Of a stretch of DNA of 64,000 nt, positions 1-13,006 are shown piece after piece (within the stretch, counting starts at the first letter, position 1; every line of letters starts with the position of its first letter). Made by a program: the position numbers and the translations under genes. The notes under the pieces were generated by a model. That model was not told the DNA's origin. It worked only from the letters and a program-made list of their open reading frames with translations, and made no database searches. Origin of the DNA: Chrysomallon squamiferum (Eukaryota > Animalia > Mollusca); the NCBI GenBank assembly GCA_012295275.1, contig CM022671.1:22940001-23004000 (forward strand), in the 5' to 3' direction.

Positions 1-2340
1 CATATTCTTCTTCTTCTTCTTCTTCTTCTTATCCTTCTTAACAACAAATGAATTAGCTCATTCATTTACAGTTATTTTTAATTATATTTCTTTCTTTCAA
101 AAGATGTAATATATGGTTAGCAGCAACAACTGAACCACAATGATAGGTGCAAAGTGCACGGCTTTTATACTTTTACTAGTGAAATCGTACCTTAATCATA
201 ACAGAGTACAATATACCTTATTTTGAAAAAAAAAAAAAAAAAAATATTCACGAAAAATCGTGTTAATCAGAACAGTAATGGCTTTTGTTGGCGTCCCTAA
301 ACACTTTACAACAACGTCAAAATGGATCGTTGAAAATTCGTGATACTGATCTTGTCATTGTCAGGTTAACGCCCTCTCGTCTGTCTGGGACAGCAGACGT
401 CGCGACATGATTGTCGTGTCTGCAGAAGTTGTTACACAACCAGTCTATTTCTGGAAACGTGTTTCTTTATTAGTAACATATTGTTAACCAGTCTGCCTTG
501 AGATAGAAGACTCTGGGATCGAAAATCGTCAGCTGAGATATTTATGGTAACAATTCTCTGTAAATAACCCTCCACACATACTAAAATAAATGTCAACGAT
601 GTGTTATAAAAGGATATATTTTGTTTACAAAAATGCTTTGAAATTTCTCTTCTATTTATTTATTTATTTTTTTTTTAAATTCGATATCTTAATTTCGATT
701 CAGGTTCTGAAAGCAAATCACATATATATGTAATAGAAATATGTTCCATTTTGTTCTGTGATCGAACCTTCCTAACCCATATATTTACGACAAACATCAA
801 ATGGAGTTATGGGTCAAATAGAAGCCTAAACTGTTTAATACAATTACTAAAAGTAATTAGATTTTCATCACAGTTAGATTTGGTTAGATTACGTTCAAGG
901 TCAAAATATATAAATCGATTTCCAAAATTGTTTTAAATATGTTTCTTAAACTAAAAATCTAAAATCTATTTCTCTTGAAGCTGTCGATGATTCCATCATT
1001 AAACGAATATACTTTACTTTTTTTCTTCTTTTTTTAAAAAATTGTTTTGTGTACCGTTAACGTGACCTCAGGAAATTGTTTTATATATATCAGTATTTCT
1101 GTAATTGTATTCTGAAAGTCTCTTTGAATCATCAGGAAGCGGATTTGTTATTTATTTTCCTTTCCTTTGAAACGCAATCTGATCTTCACCCTTTTTTTTT
1201 TTTTTTAAATCAGAAACTATCGTGATGAGCATCTCGTCGTCGTAATTAACTCTGACATACGTTAACAGAAGCGGACAGCTCGCTACATTGAAACACCTTC
1301 AAAAACACACGCCTCGCAGACAGACCGCAGCTACACGTCGTGTGGGTCAAAGCTAAGGTCATTAACTGAAAGAACATGGTTGTGATGTCAGGAAATGGAC
1401 GTTGAATGGACACCTCTAGGCGCTGGAGTAGCCACTGACCTGACGGGACCAGTTACGTTAGGCAACTAATTGATAGATCTGTACACCAACTGCAAGGACA
1501 TCATCACCCGCCCTCCATTAATCACTTTAATTATGATCGTCACGATCATTTAAAATTACACCAGGCGTGCGGTAACTCGCTGCCTCAACCCACACCTATT
1601 TCCCTTATCACTCTACTGTCAGCTGAATTCATTATGTTCTACAAGGTAACAGAGTCACGCATCCTCTCCATGCCTTCAGGAAAGGTTGTAAAACATAATA
1701 CTTATATTACTTGTAGGGGAATAAAAATATATTGCTTATTTGATTTTGCTTCTTAAATATAGGATATACAAATAATATTGATAGCCATACCGGAACTTAG
1801 AATAACAATTAAATAAAAGATCTAACTGTGATTGTTAATAGATATTTTATGAACTAATGAAGAAGAAGAAAAAGTATGTCATATTTTTATAAGTATTCTA
1901 AATTGGTTTAACTGCATTAATCTGAAACTATTATAATTGTTTATTTTTAAAGTCATTTTTAATGCTGTCATTATTAAAAAAACATATATATATATTTCTG
2001 GCGTTGCTAATGTTTAATATTCTCTATCAACAATCTGTAATTTTGTTTAAATGTGGTATGAAGTCTCAGTATTCTAGTGCCGTGTTGACACCGCGCCATA
2101 TTAGCTTGCTTTATGATAAAACTAGCCTATTTCAGTAATACATCTCCTAACAGTCTTTACTAAAACAGCCAGAAAGTTTCATATTTACTACAACACATTC
2201 TCAACTTTAGACAGAATTTAACCTGAGTCGTTGCTAGAATTGATGAAATGTTAAACTCTGGTGTTGTCCAGTTACTGAAATTTTCTAAAACACAGAAAGA
2301 GAGAGAGAGAAAAATAGAGATAGAAGGAGGACGAGGAAAA

Positions 2341-2444
<104 letters not shown>

Positions 2445-2926
2445 TAAAAATGGTATACATGTCATTAAACGAGATTTAGTTTACAATATCTTCTGGTAAA
2501 AATACTGGTTTTTGTTTGGTTTGAAAATGTCGTTAAAATAGCTGTAATATGTTGCTGTTAGGAACTTACTGTGATTGGTTCTTGAGAATGGAGGAGGCAG
2601 GAACGACGACACAAAAGGAATGTCTCTACCTGAAAAAAATTAAGAAAAAATATATACCAAAGATTAAAAATGATTTTAATAAGACACATTTCTCCTCTAA
2701 CACCCTTTTTTTTTTTTTTTTAATATATATTTTGAATACACTTCTGGGATTTATTATAATTTTTTGTGTTGTTGTTGTTGTTGTTATCATCATCATCATC
2801 ATCATCATTATTATTATGAGTAGCAGCAGCCGATCTGTATTCGACTGACAATGCTATATAAAATGTTTCTAAAATATCGCCTCGTTCAAACAGCAGCATT
2901 ATTCCTTAGTTTTCTTAAGACACTGG

Positions 2927-3187
2927 TTATCTAAAATACAACAAACCTGAAGTGTACGCTGGAAAGTCGTAAGTTTTAGGACCACTGCTCTCGTATGCTC
3001 GGTACGGAATCCAGTCTGCTCGTCCTCCCGTGTAAACAGGATAGTCGACAAATGGAGTAATTCCGAAATAAGGAAAACTGCGTAGAGATATCGTGTTTTC
3101 TTGCTCTGGGAAGATATACCGCGCCGACGTCATGGTTCCAAACACAGTGAAAGCAATGATTCCTGGAAGTATGTTCATTTTGGCCAT
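2927..3187 (-). CDS. Small putative secreted Tyr/Phe/Pro/Gly-rich protein (86 aa), family not recognised
   Basis: ATG-to-TAA ORF in non-repetitive, GC-richer sequence. The N-terminus MAKMNILPGIIAFTVFGTMTSA has signal-peptide layout (basic residue, hydrophobic core, T-S-A cleavage site). The mature part has 9 Tyr in 64 aa and an internal repeat, DYPVYTGG / DFPAYTSG. TTATTTCAG lies just upstream of the ATG and a TATA-like box is at 3413-3420. Confidence 0.6.
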   Translation of the reverse strand: MAKMNILPGIIAFTVFGTMTSARYIFPEQENTISLRSFPYFGITPFVDYPVYTGGRADWIPYRAYESSGPKTYDFPAYTSGLLYFR

Positions 3188-3387
3188 TTACCTGAAATAA
3201 TGTGAATAGAAATGCTGTAACTGTGTATGTTTCCACTGAAAATACTTGGTGGATCGAGTTGGTACTAATATCAAATTTTTTATTTTTGTATTTTTATTTT
3301 TATTTTTTTGTTTTATCAAATTAAAAATGTTCAAGATATTCGAATTTAAAATAATTAATGTTAAATTATGAAGATGGTAAAATATAT

Positions 3388-3420
3388 AAACTGTCTTCAA
3401 TCAATACTGGTGCTTTATAG
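3388..3420 (-). promoter_or_regulatory. Candidate TATA box + Inr for the small secreted-protein ORF
   Basis: Minus strand reads CTATAAAG (3420-3413), followed about 27 nt later by ACAGTT (Inr-like), about 200 nt upstream of the ATG at 3187. Confidence 0.35.
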
Positions 3421-3549
3421 GTTATAATCAGATGGTAACACAAAAGAAAATATATCCAAAGGCTTATCTTTTCCATGCAGCCCAGCGGTATCAACATGGC
3501 TATTAGGCATTGTTATAAATTAATGCAGCAGAGAGAAGGAGCGATAGAG

Positions 3550-3658
<109 letters not shown>

Positions 3659-4139
3659 GGATATAAAGATACATAGACAGAGACACACAGAGAAACTGAG
3701 AGAAAGACAGAAATAGAGATAGGCAGAGAAAGAATGACACCTAGAGAGAAAAATGGTTGGAATTCAAACAGCTCAATATTTACACATTTTATTGCCGTTT
3801 TTGGCAGTTAGAAGTAAACTATTTTAAAATGTAATTTAATACTTGATTAAAATACTTAAAAACTTAAAAAGCTAAAAACAGAGTACAAAAACAGCATAAA
3901 CAAAATATCGTTAAAAAAGTAAATAATAATAATAATAAAAATAATAATAACTGTATGGAATAAAATGGTGAAAAAAGAAATGTCATAAAAGAAAGTAACA
4001 GTTATGATACTGATATGCACAAAAATAATTTTAAAAATCACATTCAGAAACAAGAAAACATTTAGAAATTACATTTCTTTATAATTCTTATCTTCTTTAT
4101 AATAACTAATGCACACAACAGAGTTGAGAAAATCTGCGA

Positions 4140-4365
4140 ATTACAAAAACAACAACAACAACAACAACAAAACAAAACAAAAAAGTATATATAAATAAAT
4201 AAATAAATAAAATAAAATAAAAATAAATTAATATTAACAAATTAATAAAAAAAAAAAAAATAAATAAATAAATAAATAAAATAAAATAAAATAAAATAAA
4301 ATAATAAATAAATAAATATATTAGTAAATAAATAAATAATAATAAAATAAATAATAATAATAAAC
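4140..4365. repeat. Compound (AAC)n/(AAAT)n/(AAAAT)n low-complexity tract
   Basis: Directly visible simple repeats. Confidence 0.9.
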
Positions 4366-4559
4366 AAAGCAAACAGTATTTTCTAAATAACTTACTTTGG
4401 ATAGGAGAGTTAGATCCAAACTGTCTGAAACCTCTCTAACAATGTCACAGACTGGTAACAAAGTTAAAACTACGTACTGGCTGATATATAATACCAAATT
4501 CTGTCTTTAAAACTTCGTGCACAACGATTTTCGTAGGCGATCTCTCTACATTAGATCAA

Positions 4560-4925
4560 CCTTGTGGGCATGGTTAAAAATTTCATACCCTCGTGACGTA
4601 CATCCGGTGGCGGCAAGTAACTCCGAGGTCCGAGCCAATCAGCGATGAGAACCGGTGGACGTATTGTCACCTCCGCACTCAATCATGCGCTGTGGGTTGG
4701 CATTCGTTTACCTGGTGACCAAGGCCAAACGCCCCTTGGCAACAGGGCTCGACCACGCGTGCCACCATGACAGCCAAGTGACGTGTGATGAGAGAATGTG
4801 CCATTTTTACGCAAGATGTCGTAAATGGTGAGATAAAAGCTGACACAGAGATTCCGTTTCGTTCATATTTAATAACGCCCAAGGACTCGACACAGAGTTC
4901 CTTCCCGCCAGTGTTCAAGACCCGA
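4560..4925. promoter_or_regulatory. GC/CpG-rich cis-regulatory island
   Basis: Sharp GC rise in an AT-rich background. Contains TGACGTA (4594), AGCCAATCAG (~4633), CCTTGGCAAC (~4734), GTGACGTG (~4778) and TTCCCGCC (~4902). No convincing ORF. Confidence 0.4.
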
Positions 4926-5128
4926 TATAGAGATTGACAGGAGCTTTTTGGAAAATATTTGAAATATTTCTAGAATATCTGAGATTAAATTAGATGAATT
5001 TTATATAAGAAAAGGATTGCGGCTGTTAATAGTTTAAGATTTTATTTTTTTTACTGATAAAAGAAAGGGTTATGTTAATATCGTGATAGACACGTAGCAT
5101 ATTTACAACTATATTACTAAAGAAATGA

Positions 5129-5260
<132 letters not shown>

Positions 5261-5611
5261 TATTATAATGTTTATCTGAATAATGATTATCAAGAATATT
5301 AAAACCAAATACAGAGACATCTCTTTTGATCATTTTCAACCTTACAACTTCTGCCAGGTCTCTTAAATAGATACAATTTTACTATTTCTAGAATAATAAA
5401 ATATAGTAATAGTCAAGACACAGTAGCATAAAGGCAACACAATATGAAAAGCAATAAAAACAACTGTTCTATAATAGAACAAAGTGAGTGTTGGAGTGTG
5501 ATCATTCTTAAGGTTCGAGACATGAGATACGATGAGATAGAGAGACAGGTAGATAAATAGACAGACAGACAGACAAACAGATTGATAGACAGACACAAAT
5601 ACACACACACG

Positions 5612-5721
<110 letters not shown>

Positions 5722-6478
5722 CTTTGCAAAGATTTACTACCAAAGCTACATATATATCTGTGTTTGTATATTATATTTGTGCATGTATGTGTATTTGTGT
5801 ACGTACATAAGTATATCTATCTATATCTATCTGTATCTATATATCTGTCTTTCTGTCTGTCTGTCTGTCTGTCTATATATGTTGTTTTCAGTTAGTGTGC
5901 ATTTACTTCCTTATGTTATAATTGTTTATTTTTTGTCTTGCACGTGTTTGGCCTGTAGATACATGTACGGATTCTATATGCATCAATCATTTTCTAATAG
6001 TGAAATACATTCTGGTACAATGAAACAGTGAATGAACTTATACATATTTAAAATAAACGTGACTGACTAAGAGAGAGAGAGAGAGAAAGACTTTTCTCAA
6101 AACGGTTTTCTCAAAATAAAAACAGAATAAAAATAAAGTATGTAAATAAAATAAAATCGTAAATATGATCTCCTATTTTTTTTTCAATATAAATTAATAT
6201 TCTTCTTTTATTCCTTCCCTTTGAAATGGCTTATAATAAAAAAAATATCATTAAACTCAGTTTCTAAGAAAGAAAAATTATTAAATATTTGATGAAAACA
6301 GTAAAAGTAAAATTCAATAAAGAATGCTCTCAGACATTTGACATTTGGAAATTATTTGATGCTTTGTTGGATATTTGAAGGTTTGTTTATTTTTATCAAC
6401 GTTTTTTTATGCCCACATTAGACACTTTGTATATTTCAAAGTAGGGATTGTTTGTTTTTAGATAGCCCGCAGTGAACG

Positions 6479-6560
<82 letters not shown>

Positions 6561-6612
6561 AAAGAAACAAAAAGGTTGGCTAGATAAAAAACACACACAC
6601 ACACGCACACAC

Positions 6613-6659
<47 letters not shown>

Positions 6660-8232
6660 TTATACATGTTCTGAAAAAGATTTTTAAAAAATTTTTTTTT
6701 AAATTGTAGACAAAATACTGTATATAAATATATATATATATATATAAATAAAAAAATAAATAAATAAATAAATAAACAGAAAAGGAAAACGACATGATTT
6801 TGCTCTCTCTCTCTCTCTCTCTCTCTCAACAGGAGTGTCAACAAGTTGTTATTTGTTCGATAGTCGTGCCATCAGTTCCAGCCGCCGGGAGATCAGCTCT
6901 TTTGACAAGTCTCGCGGCTCGGTTTCTGACGAGTTACGAACCACGTTTAGCTTCCAGTTATTCTCAACACACACATTTCAGCCAAGCGTTCCGTTTCGCG
7001 CACACACAAAGATGAGCTTTCCGTCAAAACGCTGGATTAGGAGAAACCCTCAAAGGATCAAATTGGCTGGACTGCAGACGTAATTGAATTTCCAACCAAG
7101 TTGATCTAGTGGGCTTTTGCCGCCAGATTCATCATTCAAACAGATTAGGTTTACAATGGCAGCAAATGAGAAAGCTAAGGAAGCAGACGTAGATATTACT
7201 ATATGACGATAATGTGCTTAGTTCTTCCATTATAGTTCCCGAAATGAGAAATCATATCCCAGTTCGCGCCTGACGTACCATTTAAATGTGTCCCTTGACT
7301 GGGCACTGCTGCCTGAACGGAATCCTAAAGTAACCGTCCAAATAATAAAAGAGATATCTTAAAGGATATTCTGATTCAGTCTTTGCATTCACTTTAGATA
7401 GCAGTCATGTTTTACAACATATGTTATTACATACATACATACATACATACATATATACATACATACAAACGTATGTATGTATATATGCGTACGTAAACAC
7501 ATAAGCACATATGTTCAGGCATATATACATAAACATATTCTTTTGCGTACATAAATCACATTCACTCATACATAGACACACACAGACACATTCACACACA
7601 TACATTTAAAATATATGTATATAAAACCCAATGCAGTTATCATAACTGTTATAGCTCTGCTGTTAAGATATAAATAATCATATCAAGTACAAAACATTCT
7701 GTTTAACATAAATAAATGTATCTGTCTTCGAAATGTTGTGAAATAAAAAGCAATTTCCAGATGTTTTGTGAAAACGAAAATTATTTTTCTTAAAAATATC
7801 AGTTAAGAAGACGGTAAAAAACCAAAAAAAACCCCCAAAACATAAGTTATAAGAAGCAAAACTGTTTTTACCTTTGGTTTCCAGAACACAAATAAGAAGA
7901 TGTTTAATCAGAAACTAATTATAAATATTTGTTCTAATCGACAGGAGAGTTACTGTTCATACAGCAAATTTGGGAATTTATTAGATGAAATTATCGCAAA
8001 TGATTAAAATAACATTGTCCACGGATAGAGAGACTGATAGTTTGACAGATGGACAGTCAGTCAGACATAAGACAGGTTGACAGACAGATAGACAGAAAGG
8101 TAGACTGATAGAAAGTTAGATAGACAGAAACAAAGAAAGATAAACAGATGAATAAATATAGAGACAGACAGGCATGTTATGGATATATGGATAGCTTTAG
8201 ATGAATGATTATCTTTTTTCAGTAACTAAATG

Positions 8233-8253
8233 ACTACTACTACTACTACTACG

Positions 8254-8302
<49 letters not shown>

Positions 8303-8345
8303 TTAATAATAATAACAATAATAATAATAATGACAACAATAATAA
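8233..8345. repeat. (TAC)n-(AAT)n trinucleotide microsatellite
   Basis: Directly visible. Similar TAT/AAT tracts at ~10349-10420, 15618-15660, 17535-17665, 30540-30595, 34568-34650 and 54750-54800. Confidence 0.95.
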
Positions 8346-9039
8346 AAAGGTAAAAAGCTCACACAATGTCAGTTCTCTTAGTGATCCTGATAGTCGACAA
8401 ACAGAAAATTTCGTCACTTTTAAAAAAAAATTCAGTTTATTCTTTTATTTGATGGCTGTCATATGTCGCCTGCCGGTGTGGTACAACTTTAATCTCAAAC
8501 TTAAGACAAAACGAGTGTCATACATCCTAGAAACCACATGAGTCACAATAAAAGTCATATCCCAGGGCTATGACAACTATTCTTTCAGTTGCTAAAAAAA
8601 AAAAAAAAAAAAAAATAACGAAGAAATCTTTGAAGACAAAAGATAGAGGTGCCTTTTTAATTATCATATAATTTAGTGAACACACTGACTTTTTGTAAAC
8701 AATTTTTATAAAATAAAATAAAATTCAAATTCAAATAAAAAAAAAGAATATTAACTGATCGAAGTTTAATAAGAGACAAGGGTCTTTTTAAATATTAATT
8801 TTCTAGTATGTTAATGATAATATAAGAAAGGAAATTCGTTTTTCGACTATTGCGGCCTATTCTTATCAACGAACAGAATACACGTTTTTATTCCTTCTCC
8901 CTCTATTAAGAAGACACAGTGCTTGCTACTGGCTAACAAGTTTAAAGGCGACAATAAAGTAACTGTAATTAACAGTTATAGAAGTGTTTAGTGTTATTAT
9001 TTCGTAAGCGATTTTATACAAACTTGTAGTAACAGCATT

Positions 9040-9560
9040 CTGCAAATAACAACAAGGTCACTAATGATGGTACATTTAACGCCATCTACGGTATTACCAA
9101 AAAGTCACGAACATGTACGAGAAGGTGTAGAGTCTAGACCAAGTCAGTGGTTGCTCTCGAATCGTTGACCGATCACTTTAAAATGTGACGCAGCCAGTTT
9201 GTTTTAGCAGATGTGTTACCGCCTGCAAATTAATTTCTCATAATCCGCGTGAAAAACATGACAGCACAATACGCATCTGCTTAGTACAGCTGACCCGACT
9301 GTTAACTATCTCCTATCTGACATACATTGCGTGCTCTATATACAACACGTTCTTCGACAGCTGAAACGTTCTCACATCGCAGCTGCAGGTCACGCGGTAT
9401 GTACGTCTTTTTGAAAACTGTAGGTGCTTGCCGAAGCTTAGACAATCGTGTCAAATTAGGATGTTAATTAGTTTTAATCTGTGGTCCAATTAAGGTACAA
9501 AACACGCTTCCCCTTGCGTGCCCCGCCACCACAGCTGGCCGGTCCGTCTGCTTCCAAGAG
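9040..9560. promoter_or_regulatory. E-box-rich candidate enhancer
   Basis: CAGATG at 9208, CATCTG at 9274, CAGCTG at 9287, 9358, 9380 and 9532; CAAGGTCA at ~9053; TAAT cores; raised GC. Confidence 0.4.
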
Positions 9561-10279
9561 AAAATAATTGTTAGTTTCACTGCCGCCAGTTCATCAACCA
9601 ATCCAGTTCGTTTGCAGTTCTCAGTTTGAAGGTTTGTCATCCAACTGTGAAGTAAAATTTTGCACGACCTCTGACACGCGAATAGCTTTGGAAAATGAAG
9701 GAAATCATTAAAAAAAAAAAAATAATAAACATTATTAAAATGTATAACGGAGTCGAAGGCAACACAGAAATCTTTTGTTTCGTGATTTATTTGTATTCTG
9801 AACACATTAAAACGGAATCGATCGCTGCATTGGAGTTTAATCTAACTTACCACCATTTACAGCAGACCCATGGAAACAATGAGAAACCGTTCTCATAGTA
9901 AATAAATTTAATACGTCATCATTTAATGCGTCTTTGGCTTTTAAGATTATATTCTGTACATGTGCATGGAATTCTTATAGTATTAATCGAAGGTAGAAAT
10001 GATGAAAATAACTGGAAAATCGTTTTAGGTATTAAAATAATGAAATATTCATCGCGGGTAGATTATTGTATATAATGTGAATTTATGTTAAATGGTAATC
10101 CTACAGTAGAAGCTATAATTTTTTGTTTGTAAATTAGATTTTATGTTTTAAAATGTTCAGACGTTTAACATTTTATTATGAACGATGATCTACAATCAGA
10201 CAAATCTGCACATTAACTTCCCCGTGAGCAGAAGAACAATTGTGATAAAACCACTGCTTTAGTTCGCTGGTGATTTTTA

Positions 10280-10325
<46 letters not shown>

Positions 10326-10346
10326 TCTTTTAAATGTTTTTCTATT

Positions 10347-10389
<43 letters not shown>

Positions 10390-11800
10390 TATTATTATTA
10401 TTGTTATTGTTGTTGTTATTATTATTTAATTATTTATTTATTTATTTTATTATTATTATTTTTTTTTTTCATATTGCTAGGATTCTCTTTCTGGCATTGA
10501 AATATTAATCTATACAGAGGTTATCGTTACGTATTTCACAGGATATCGATATCAAATAATTACACACTTTATTATCTTGTTTACGTCCAATTAGAAATAC
10601 CAGCTAGCCGTTCTTGAACCGCGTCTCGACTCGTTCAAGTGAAGCAAGTCTCTAACTGAAATTAATTAGTCACGAGAGAGAAATATTCTGTTGTTACCAA
10701 TATGTACAGTAATCACCAATTACCTGACATTTGTTTTCTAATAAACTGTAAAACATGTATGTCAGTACGTTTTATTATTCAGTGCTTTAATTACTTAAAA
10801 TTTTTCGTCAAGGTTACAGACCTTGAATACTTGTTTATTTTAGTTAATCTTTAAAAAGTTGATGGAAGAAATGTTTCAATTTTAATTTACAGTTATATGG
10901 TATCGTACGGAGTTAATTAAAAATGAAACCGCAGAAAAGCTTTTTTTTTTTTTCTTTTTTTTTTCCGATATCAAGTGTTGTTGACATGTATGCATGTTTT
11001 ACCCGCACCTTTTGATTGATAAGAAAGCATATAGAACGTCCTGTCTCAAATTAGTCGTCAGGCGTTGACTTCAGAAAGAATTAGCCCAAAGGAAACAACA
11101 AAGTAGGATCGAGACAGACCAAAACTCGCCTGACATCGGCGCTCTAATAATACTATAGTCGGCTTTTTCCGTCATGGCTTTTAGATCATCCAGTCGTTGA
11201 CGACTGAGCTTAATTAAAAAAAAGATATGACGTCTCAGTGCATAAGCAAATGAAATAACGCTCTGGGAAATTTGATAATTAAGTACGAAATTCTTCTTTA
11301 GAGTGTCACTTGAAAAAAAAAAAAATGTCTGACCCTCGGCTTTTTTGTATGTGTTCTTCCGCTTCAAAGTGTTTCTCAGTTACAAAAGCCTTACTGATTA
11401 CCACTCTTTTCGAATTCTTCTGTGTAAAAGTTAGTTCCCTTAGGCTTTGATTTTGTATTTCCTGGAAGACGTTAAACAATGCATTTTTATAGTATCTACA
11501 ACCTTTGAGAAAACAAAATAATAGGACTGCATTTTGTTACTTGCTTTTTTTCATCACTCCGCTAAACTACTGAAAAATATTATATCAATGCGTTTTTATA
11601 TTTTGCTTTTATTGCTGTAAGTTATATTATAAAGATGCATGATGTTTGTATGATATTCGTACGGGATGTTGTAGTTCTTGTCTGCGATATAAAATAACTA
11701 ATATTATAAAATATCTCTCATAAATACTTATACAGAATTCGTAAATGTATTGTTTCGTGACATTATTTGAGAGAGAAAAAATATAAAAAAGAATATATAT

Positions 11801-11842
11801 AAATAAAGCATATATATATATATATATATATATGCTTTATTT
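11801..11842. repeat. Perfect 42-bp palindrome AAATAAAGCA(TA)11TGCTTTATTT
   Basis: The unique 10-bp arms are exact reverse complements around a self-complementary (TA)n core. Confidence 0.9.
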
Positions 11843-12933
11843 CACTTGCCAGAAAGTGGTTCAAAATTTAATATACTAAATGTCAAAGTACGTAACTTTT
11901 TTGAGAAAATTCATACTTCTCGTCTCTGACAACTAATCCATATTATTGATAGACTGAAATCTTATGTTTGACCTGTCAACTGTTAAATAAATATATTACC
12001 CTGTTACCTTAATAATTTTATATTCCCCATCAGGAAGATAGAGGAATTAAACTTCTTCTCTTATTTATTTATTTTTGTGTTTTTTTTGTGAAAGATCTTG
12101 CGAGGAATAACATTTTTCACTAATTTTCTAAAACACTGATAATTCACCAAGAAGAAAATTATGTAGAACATATTCATAAGGCACTAAAGTGTATCCATTC
12201 ATTCAAGAAATATATATATATATATATAAAATGAACTGTTGATAAAAGAGGTAATTGTTCAAAAACAGTGTCTATTGCACATGACTTCTTTTGGTTTATG
12301 GTCGACTCCTACGCAAAGATATAAATCACTGAACTTTAGCATTCTGAAAAAAGACGTTTAATTCATTAAATTAACCTTAATTCTATGTATACACTAGAAA
12401 TACCTAATCTGTTTGTTCACTGTGTAAGTTTAGTTCGCCTTCAGATTTGTATTATTTCTATCTTTGCAACAAACATGATCATCGCTGTATTAAGAATGTC
12501 AAAACATTTGGCGCGGGTTAATACCGTGCAGTCTGTGCTTGGAATGTTTAACTGTACAGAAATGATTTGTTTGTACAAAAGTGTATTGGATTAGCGTGGG
12601 CAACAGTCGTGCTGTGATTTCAGAGCAAAAGACTGAAGTGAAAGAATAAAACTGAGGAATAAATGAATGAGGAATACGTTTTATCATTTTTAAATTATTG
12701 GCTTTTTATTTCATTAATTTTCTTTTCTGTCAAAACAAAATCTTGGAAAGGATATCCGTCTGTTGATTTAAATGTATAGATGTATGGAAATATTGAACAT
12801 TTTATATGTCTTTTTTCAGAGAATAGAAAATAACTCCTGTATATTGCGGAACGGAAAATAATGGTATGAACTATAATAATAACTGCATATGACTAGCTTC
12901 AGCAATAACAGTGTTATCATTTATAATAATAAT

Positions 12934-13006
<73 letters not shown>

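Noticed and set aside
393-423. Imperfect hairpin GCAGAC..CGACATGATTGTCG.GTCTGC
   Set aside because: Too short and bulged for a pre-miRNA or a recognisable ncRNA.
7225-7350. Possible tRNA-derived SINE remnant (CCCAGTTCGCGCCTG...GTGTCCCTTGACTGGGCACT)
   Set aside because: Only a vague B-box/core resemblance and no A-box; cannot be supported without a repeat library.
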